NCBI GenBank assembly: GCA_964456475.1
Contig: CAYVZI010000007.1
Span: 294-64,293, forward strand
From: an uncultured Candidatus Saccharibacteria bacterium
GTDB lineage: Bacteria > Patescibacteriota > Minisyncoccia > Phycocordibacterales > UBA9973
Length of the DNA: 64,000 nt
Direction: 5' to 3'
In this document: piece after piece, positions 57,980 through 64,000 of the stretch
How positions within the stretch are numbered: position 1 is the stretch's first letter
Layout of the letters: each line of letters begins with the position of its first letter
The notes under the pieces: generated by a model
Told to the model about the DNA's origin: nothing
What the model saw: only the letters and a program-made list of their open reading frames with translations
Database searches by the model: none
Translations under genes and position numbers: made by a program

Positions 57980-59002
57980 ATGAATAAAACACGAGTAGCA
58001 ATCAATGGATTCGGCCGTATCGGCCGAGCATTTTTAAAAGTGGCTTGGGAGAGACCGGAAATAGAAATAGTAGCAGTTAATGATTTGGGTTCGATTGAAT
58101 CGCTTACTTATCTTCTTAAATATGACACTGTGTATCGAGGTTGGGGGCATGAAGTGAAAAATGACGGCAAAGATATTTGGGTAGATGGAAAGCAAATCCA
58201 TTTCATCTCAGAAAAAGACACAACCAAGCTTTCATGGAAAGATCTCAATATTGACGTAGTTGTCGAATCTACCGGACTCTTTACTTCATTTGAGGCATCA
58301 CAATTCCATATTACAAATGGTGCAAAAAAGGTGGTTATTTCTGCTCCTTCAAAAGGCGACGGCACAGTACCCGGCGAAACAATCCTTCTTGGTGTAAACG
58401 AAGAAAAATTCGGCACCTGCGCTATCACTTCAAACGCATCATGTACGACAAACGCAGCATCTCCAATCATCGGTATCCTCAGCGAGGCAATCGGTATTGA
58501 GAAGGCGATTCTCAATACTGTACATGGGTACACAGCTTCACAGGCGCTTGTGGACGGTCCAAGCAAGAAAGATCTTCGCGAAGGACGTGCAGCTGCCCAA
58601 AACATCGTGCCAAGTTCTACGGGCGCAGCTATTGCTGTGACCAAGGCATACCCAGAACTCGAAGGACTCTTCGATGGCATTTCAATCCGCGTACCTGTAC
58701 CGGCAGGATCAATCGTCGATGTCACATTCATCGCAAAGCGAGCAACGACAGCAGAAGAAGTAAATGAAATTTTGAAAAAAGCCGCAAACGATCCGCGCTG
58801 GGCGCATGTGTTTGCAGTCACTGAAGAACCGCTCGTCTCGTCAGACATTCTCGGCAATTCACACGCATCTATAGCTGATCTCGCCCTCACTCGTGTAGTA
58901 GGAGGCAATCTCGTGAAAGTAATGGGCTGGTACGACAACGAGATGGGGTATACCCATACACTCGTCGAGCATGTGATTAAGACAGGTAATACGATTAAGT
59001 AG
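57980..59002 (+). CDS. gap: Glyceraldehyde-3-phosphate dehydrogenase
   Basis: AINGFGRIGR, SNASCTTN, WYDNE. Confidence 0.98.
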   Translation: MNKTRVAINGFGRIGRAFLKVAWERPEIEIVAVNDLGSIESLTYLLKYDTVYRGWGHEVKNDGKDIWVDGKQIHFISEKDTTKLSWKDLNIDVVVESTGLFTSFEASQFHITNGAKKVVISAPSKGDGTVPGETILLGVNEEKFGTCAITSNASCTTNAASPIIGILSEAIGIEKAILNTVHGYTASQALVDGPSKKDLREGRAAAQNIVPSSTGAAIAVTKAYPELEGLFDGISIRVPVPAGSIVDVTFIAKRATTAEEVNEILKKAANDPRWAHVFAVTEEPLVSSDILGNSHASIADLALTRVVGGNLVKVMGWYDNEMGYTHTLVEHVIKTGNTIK

Positions 59003-59004
59003 CT

Positions 59005-59232
59005 ATGGAAAAAATTAGAATCACCGCCGATAATATCAAGGACTGGTCAAAGTTTCAAACTCTACTCGATGAAGGAAAAGTTAAATTTGATTCTGTTGGT
59101 CGATTAAGATATCTGCACGGTGCTCCAGTTGGTGATTTAATAAAGATTGAAGATGGGTCGTACAAGGAAACTACTGATGAGTGGTTTGATCCTGAAAGCC
59201 TAAAAGCTAAAGAATTTGTATGGTCTCAGTAA
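59005..59232 (+). CDS. Hypothetical protein
   Basis: 75 aa, 2 nt after gap. Confidence 0.65.
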   Translation: MEKIRITADNIKDWSKFQTLLDEGKVKFDSVGRLRYLHGAPVGDLIKIEDGSYKETTDEWFDPESLKAKEFVWSQ

Positions 59233-59308
59233 AATGTTGTCGTAATTAAGCAATATATACGCATACTTTGGTTGAGTATGTAATTAATACTGGTGTGACT
59301 ATATAAAA

Positions 59309-59515
59309 ATGAAAAAAATAATCTTGTCTATCATTGTAATCATTTTGGTTCTCGGAATTTGGTTCCCGGTTGTTCCTTTCCCCGCTAAAAAAGGCTGGCA
59401 CGGCGTAAACGGCGAATTCTGCGGAATCGTCTACACTGCGGATTGCGACAAAACGACAATCAAACTCTTTACGCATAAGGGGATCAAAGACGTGATCCAA
59501 AACAAAGCTTATTAA
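59309..59515 (+). CDS. Small membrane/exported protein
   Basis: MKK plus hydrophobic segment. Confidence 0.55.
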   Translation: MKKIILSIIVIILVLGIWFPVVPFPAKKGWHGVNGEFCGIVYTADCDKTTIKLFTHKGIKDVIQNKAY

Positions 59516-59520
59516 ATTAT

Positions 59521-60327
59521 ATGTCACTCGAAGCACCAGAAAAAAAGGAAAGTTGGGTAAAACGAAACGCTCGTAAAATAATTACTGGCGGAGCTCTTAC
59601 ACTCGCTTCGTTGGTTCCGCATGAAGGGCACACCCAGACATTATCATCCGAGAAGGATACTACTGTATATCCGACAAAAGAGTGGACATATCAAGAAGGT
59701 GATAAGGATTATGGCGTTCATCAATCTAAAAAATATCCAGGTTTTGTAGAATATTTTGGACGCAATATTTACAAGGGAAGCACGGATACAAATGCGTATA
59801 CTTTTACAGGGTATATGACTGAGGACCAAATCCCGATTGATCCGCCGGAAGTAACTGAGCAGAAAATAATAGAGAAAGAAATTGAACTTACATATTTCGT
59901 AGACCCTGAAGAATGGGCTAAAAACCGCTTTGAATTTCAGAAAACCGATGCCTTCAAACAAGAAATTGATTCAAGTTTTGTCGCTTCACTACAAGAGCAA
60001 ATAGAAGCTGGGGAGTTGATGGAAAGGAAGGTTGACACAACAACACCCGATCCATCTGTACCACTAACTGTAGGAGGAGTGGAGGGTTTTATTGATTTGC
60101 GAAGTCCCGATCAAAAATATGGACATGCGGTAAAAGAACTGAATGGTTACAAAAACCACAAAGAAGAATGGCTGCCTTTGATTGTCCAACAAGAGACAAA
60201 AACATATGAACAGCTGGTTGCGGAAGCGAAATCAAGGAAGTCAGAAATTGAGCAAAAGATTAAGGAACTTAGAAAAGAAAAGGAAGAAACCATTAGATAT
60301 ATTCAAGAACATTCAACTAAAAAATAA
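59521..60327 (+). CDS. Hypothetical exported protein
   Basis: N-terminal hydrophobic segment, coiled-coil C-terminus. Confidence 0.75.
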   Translation: MSLEAPEKKESWVKRNARKIITGGALTLASLVPHEGHTQTLSSEKDTTVYPTKEWTYQEGDKDYGVHQSKKYPGFVEYFGRNIYKGSTDTNAYTFTGYMTEDQIPIDPPEVTEQKIIEKEIELTYFVDPEEWAKNRFEFQKTDAFKQEIDSSFVASLQEQIEAGELMERKVDTTTPDPSVPLTVGGVEGFIDLRSPDQKYGHAVKELNGYKNHKEEWLPLIVQQETKTYEQLVAEAKSRKSEIEQKIKELRKEKEETIRYIQEHSTKK

Positions 60328-60330
60328 TTT

Positions 60331-60774
60331 ATGAAAATTTATATCGGAACAGATCACGCAGGCTTTGAACTCAAAGAGTCACTCAAGACTTATTTGGTAG
60401 ATTTAGGATGTGTGGTTGAAGATAAAGGCGCTTTCACCTTTGATCCTACAGATGATTATCCAGATTTTGTCCGACCTGTCGCTGAAGCTGTTGCAAAGGA
60501 TGAAGGAAGTCTCGGAGTCGTCCTTGGTAAGTCTGGCGAAGGGGAGGCAATGGTGACTGATAAGGTAGAAGGAATTCGTACAGCTGTGTATTATGGTGGT
60601 TCGCTCGATATTCCGCGCCTTGCACGTGAACACAATAATGCCAATATTCTTTCCCTTGGCGCCGGATTTCTCACAGAAGACGAAGCCAAACAAGCCGTAA
60701 AGATTTTTATTGAAACACCATTCTCGGCTGAAGAAAGACATGAACGCCGAATCGAAAAAATTGAGGATGTTTAA
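60331..60774 (+). CDS. rpiB: Ribose-5-phosphate isomerase B
   Basis: IGTDHAGFELK, DDYPD, AREHNNAN, RHERRI. Confidence 0.95.
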   Translation: MKIYIGTDHAGFELKESLKTYLVDLGCVVEDKGAFTFDPTDDYPDFVRPVAEAVAKDEGSLGVVLGKSGEGEAMVTDKVEGIRTAVYYGGSLDIPRLAREHNNANILSLGAGFLTEDEAKQAVKIFIETPFSAEERHERRIEKIEDV

Positions 60775-60786
60775 CTAACCATTTGT

Positions 60787-60824
60787 AATCTATACTGTAA
60801 TTTTGCAAAATACCAGTATAGATT
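60787..60824. repeat. 38-bp palindromic left flank of ArsR gene
   Basis: 37/38 inverted match to 61080-61117. Confidence 0.85.
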
Positions 60825-60838
60825 CAGGCAGGTAAAAA

Positions 60839-61114
60839 ATGAACAAAGTCGAATACTATAAACTCGAAAGACTGTTCAAAGGATTTGCGAATCATCGCAG
60901 GATTGAAATCATGTTCCTTTTGGAAGAATCGCCCGAATTGTCTGTGGATGAAATATCTCAAAGACTCAGAGTGAATTTTTGTACAATATCAGACCATATT
61001 CGAAAGCTCGCACAGACAGGTTTGGTTATGAAGCGCTCCGATGGCAACTCTGTTCGACATGCCCTAACAGACAAAGGTAAATCTATACTAGTATTTTGCA
61101 AAATTACAGTATAG
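60839..61114 (+). CDS. ArsR-family winged-HTH protein
   Basis: FKGFANHRRIEIM, SVDEIS, TISDHIRKL..GLV. Confidence 0.85.
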   Translation: MNKVEYYKLERLFKGFANHRRIEIMFLLEESPELSVDEISQRLRVNFCTISDHIRKLAQTGLVMKRSDGNSVRHALTDKGKSILVFCKITV

Positions 61115-61117
61115 ATT
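61080..61117. repeat. 38-bp palindromic right flank of ArsR gene
   Basis: aatctatactagtattttgcaaaattacagtatagatt. Confidence 0.85.
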
Positions 61118-61138
61118 TTTTTGTGTATACTTAGATAT

Positions 61139-61855
61139 ATGACTGAGATAATACCAGCAATATTAGAAGCTTCGCTCGAAAATATCGAAAAAAGACTCGA
61201 ACAAGTCCGCACTCATGCAAAAATGGTGCAGATTGATATTTGCGATGGAACTTTTGTACCAAGTCTCACTTGGCCGTTTGTTTCGCCTGCGATCCTTGGA
61301 AAGGCGCTCAATTTGGAAAACAGTCTTACAGAAATGGTGGCAGATGAAAAACAAATGCCGTATTGGGAGGATATGGATTTCGAATTGCATTTGATGGTAG
61401 CAGAACCGAAGAAACTATTTCCGAATATTCTTATAATCGGCCCATCACGAGTATTTTTTCATATCGAAAGTTTTACCGACCATTATGTTGAACTCACTGA
61501 ATGCTTGAAACTTTTGCCCACCATCGTTGAGCCGGGCATTTCTATCAATCCAGATACAAATCCTGAAATTCTGTTTGAAATACTTGATGATGGGCTCGTA
61601 ACATCCGTTCAATGTATGGGAATAGCCAAGATTGGTGCACAAGGTGAACCATTTGATGAACGAGTACTCAAAACTATCGAAGTTCTACATGCCCGATACC
61701 CAAATCTTCCAATCTCTGTTGATGGTGGAGTGAATCTCGAGAATGCAAAACGACTTGTTGATGCCGGTGTATCACGACTTGTTGTTGGTTCTGCGATATT
61801 CACAGCTACCGATATACCAAAACGCATCGCTGAGTTTCGAAAGGTGGTACAATAG
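61139..61855 (+). CDS. rpe: Ribulose-phosphate 3-epimerase
   Basis: QIDICDGTFV, ELHLMV, ISVDGGV, VVGSAI. Confidence 0.9.
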   Translation: MTEIIPAILEASLENIEKRLEQVRTHAKMVQIDICDGTFVPSLTWPFVSPAILGKALNLENSLTEMVADEKQMPYWEDMDFELHLMVAEPKKLFPNILIIGPSRVFFHIESFTDHYVELTECLKLLPTIVEPGISINPDTNPEILFEILDDGLVTSVQCMGIAKIGAQGEPFDERVLKTIEVLHARYPNLPISVDGGVNLENAKRLVDAGVSRLVVGSAIFTATDIPKRIAEFRKVVQ

Positions 61856-61952
61856 CAGAGTGTCAATGACTAAATCCTAATTTCTAATTACTAATGAAAT
61901 GAATGAGTTATTTAGAAATTAGATATTAGAACTTAGATATTGAAATTCACTT

Positions 61953-62816
61953 ATGTTATCCGACCAGAAAATTTTAGAACTCGAAACGACTGCGAATAAT
62001 ATTCGCATGTCGATTATTGAAATGCTTCTCGAAGCCAAGAGTGGTCACTCAGCTGGTCCACTTGGTATGGCAGACATTTTTTCATATTTATATTTTCACG
62101 CACTTCGTCATGATGCAAAGAGACCTGATTGGGTAGAACGTGATCGTCTCGTACTCTCGAACGGACATATCTGTCCGGTATATTATGCAACTCTTGCTCA
62201 TGCAGGATATTTTCCGCTATCTGAATTGCAGACGCTACGTAAATTTGGCTCGCGACTCCAGGGTCATCCGCATCGTGAATGGCTTCCATTTGTTGAGACG
62301 TCATCCGGTCCACTTGGGTCCGGTCTTTCACAGGCTGTGGGTATGGCAATTGCGGATAAGATTGATTTTGGCGAAGTTGCTACACGACGCATCTATGCGT
62401 TGCTCTCAGATGGCGAGCTTCAAGAAGGGAATACTTGGGAGGCAGTAATGCTTGGTGCGAAATATAAGCTTCATAATCTCACTGCGATTGTGGATTACAA
62501 TAATATTCAGATAGAGGGATACATCGAAGACATCATGCCACTCGCGCCGCTTGCAGAAAAATGGAGAAGTTTCAACTGGCATGTGATCGAAGTCGATGGA
62601 CACGATTTTACTGCTATCGACAACGCATTTGAAACAGCAAAAACTATTTTTGAAAAGCCAACCGTAATTCTTGCCCATACAATCCCAGGCAAAGGAGTAG
62701 ATTTTATGGAGCACGACTTCCATTGGCACGGCAAACCGCCATCTACTGAAGAAGGAAAGAAGGCACTGAATGAACTCCGAACATTGGGTGGTAAGATAAA
62801 AAGTGAACATCAATAA
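61953..62816 (+). CDS. Transketolase N-terminal subunit
   Basis: SGHSAG, LSNGH, LQGHP, SDGELQEG..DYNN. Confidence 0.95.
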   Translation: MLSDQKILELETTANNIRMSIIEMLLEAKSGHSAGPLGMADIFSYLYFHALRHDAKRPDWVERDRLVLSNGHICPVYYATLAHAGYFPLSELQTLRKFGSRLQGHPHREWLPFVETSSGPLGSGLSQAVGMAIADKIDFGEVATRRIYALLSDGELQEGNTWEAVMLGAKYKLHNLTAIVDYNNIQIEGYIEDIMPLAPLAEKWRSFNWHVIEVDGHDFTAIDNAFETAKTIFEKPTVILAHTIPGKGVDFMEHDFHWHGKPPSTEEGKKALNELRTLGGKIKSEHQ

Positions 62817-62854
62817 GAATAGTAAGTAGAAAATAGATAGTAGAAAGTAGTAAG

Positions 62855-63112
62855 ATGCAAAATCAAAGACCAAAATTAAAGCCGACCGATCGAATACTTT
62901 TGATTTTTATCATTGTGTTGATTATTATTGGGGTTGTAGTTTACTTTTTTCAATTTTATCAAAAATATGTTCATCGAGTATGTACAGAAGAATCGATTGA
63001 GGAAGAAGTTCGAACTCATATTCCTCGGCCGTATACATACATGAGCTGCCGCCATAATTATGGAATATTTCAAAAAGGTGACGATGCACCACTTGCTCCA
63101 GCTCCATACTAA
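62855..63112 (+). CDS. Small single-TM protein
   Basis: Inserted between the transketolase halves. Confidence 0.6.
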   Translation: MQNQRPKLKPTDRILLIFIIVLIIIGVVVYFFQFYQKYVHRVCTEESIEEEVRTHIPRPYTYMSCRHNYGIFQKGDDAPLAPAPY

Positions 63113-63120
63113 CTAGTTAT

Positions 63121-64000
63121 ATGTTAAACCCTAATGCAAAATTAAATCCAAAAGTGTGGAATGACGACGTCGAGCAAGTGCCGATCCGTCAGGGTTTTGG
63201 TGATGGTTTGCTCCAGGCGGGGACCGAGGACGAAAGCATTGTTGGTCTTTGTGCTGATCTCACTGAATCTACCAAGATGAATCTCTTTGCTGGCCGATTT
63301 CCAAAGCGATTTGTGCAGGTGGGGGTTGCCGAGCAGAATCTTGCAACCGTTGCATCCGGAATGGCGGCAATGGGCAAGCTTCCTTTTATTGCTTCATACA
63401 CCATGTTTTCGCCTGGACGCAACTGGGAACAAATTCGCACGACTATCACATACAATAATGTACCTGTAATCATCGTAGGAGCGCATGCAGGAGTTTCTGT
63501 GGGGCCTGACGGTGGAACACACCAGGCGCTTGAAGATATCGCTCTTATGCGCGTTTTGCCACGTATGAATGTGATCGTGCCGTGCGATGCGATTGAGGCT
63601 AAGAAGGCAACACTCGCACTTGCGAAACTTCGACAACCCGCATTCATTCGTCTTGCTCGCGAGAAAAGTCCAATCGTTACAACTCTCGATACACCGTTTG
63701 AAATCGGTAAGGCGCAGATATTTTTCCAACCCGATGGAATTGCGCATGTGGGAGTTATTGCAATGGGTGCACTTGTGCACAACGCGATGAAGGCTGCGCA
63801 GAAATTGGAGAAAGAGGGAATTCGCGTGAAGGTGATGAATCTTTCATCAATTAAACCGCTTGATACTGAAGCTATTATCGCACTCGCGCGCGAAGCCAAA
63901 ACTCTTGTCACTGTGGAAGAACACCAGGTTGCTGGTGGAATGGGATCTGCTGTCGCTGAATGTCTTGCAAAAAATCTGCCCACGCCGATTGAATTCGTCG
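63121..64000 (+). CDS. Transketolase C-terminal subunit (runs off window)
   Basis: MLNPNAKL.., LCADL, GVAEQN, GPDGGTHQ, VTVEEHQ. Confidence 0.95.
   Translation, partial: MLNPNAKLNPKVWNDDVEQVPIRQGFGDGLLQAGTEDESIVGLCADLTESTKMNLFAGRFPKRFVQVGVAEQNLATVASGMAAMGKLPFIASYTMFSPGRNWEQIRTTITYNNVPVIIVGAHAGVSVGPDGGTHQALEDIALMRVLPRMNVIVPCDAIEAKKATLALAKLRQPAFIRLAREKSPIVTTLDTPFEIGKAQIFFQPDGIAHVGVIAMGALVHNAMKAAQKLEKEGIRVKVMNLSSIKPLDTEAIIALAREAKTLVTVEEHQVAGGMGSAVAECLAKNLPTPIEFV

Noticed and set aside
58108-58938. Long antisense ORFs (also 63189-63983, 12253-12999, 28648-29301)
   Set aside because: Shadows of gap, transketolase, serS and mrdA
61953-64000. Split transketolase as a frameshift
   Set aside because: Two-subunit transketolases are well known; each half has its own start

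Overview
Chromosomal segment of a small-genome bacterium, most likely Patescibacteria/CPR (Parcubacteria-like). This is inferred from gene content, few Shine-Dalgarno motifs and CPR-typical families; genetic code 11. Housekeeping genes are rpmG, miaA, parB, rel, topA, dprA, serS, a Dus, dnaX, fba, mrdA, greA, lysS, mraZ-rsmH-ftsL-like-ftsI-murF and gap-rpiB-rpe-split transketolase, plus six tRNAs (Trp, Leu, Gln, Glu, Arg, Phe). Main highlights: (1) a covarying structured non-coding element in five copies at tRNA loci; two copies are preceded by a tRNA-specific antisense copy of the T-arm/acceptor end, split by a 25-nt hairpin at the same position, and one copy sits inside a broken tRNA-Glu duplicate; (2) two HTH + LAGLIDADG-like genes directly upstream of tRNA-Trp and tRNA-Gln; (3) a 15-kb surface-structure locus with a ~3,135-aa adhesin, a small paralog sharing its C-terminal domain, a DUF916-like anchor, a dockerin-like protein and two membrane-anchored cohesin-like proteins; (4) an ArsR-like gene bracketed by 38-bp inverted palindromes; (5) dispersed heptamer arrays, REP/ERIC-like palindromes and promoter-ORF-terminator orphan cassettes. 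No CRISPR array, rRNA, integrase or transposase is evident. All family assignments come from motif recognition, not database searches.
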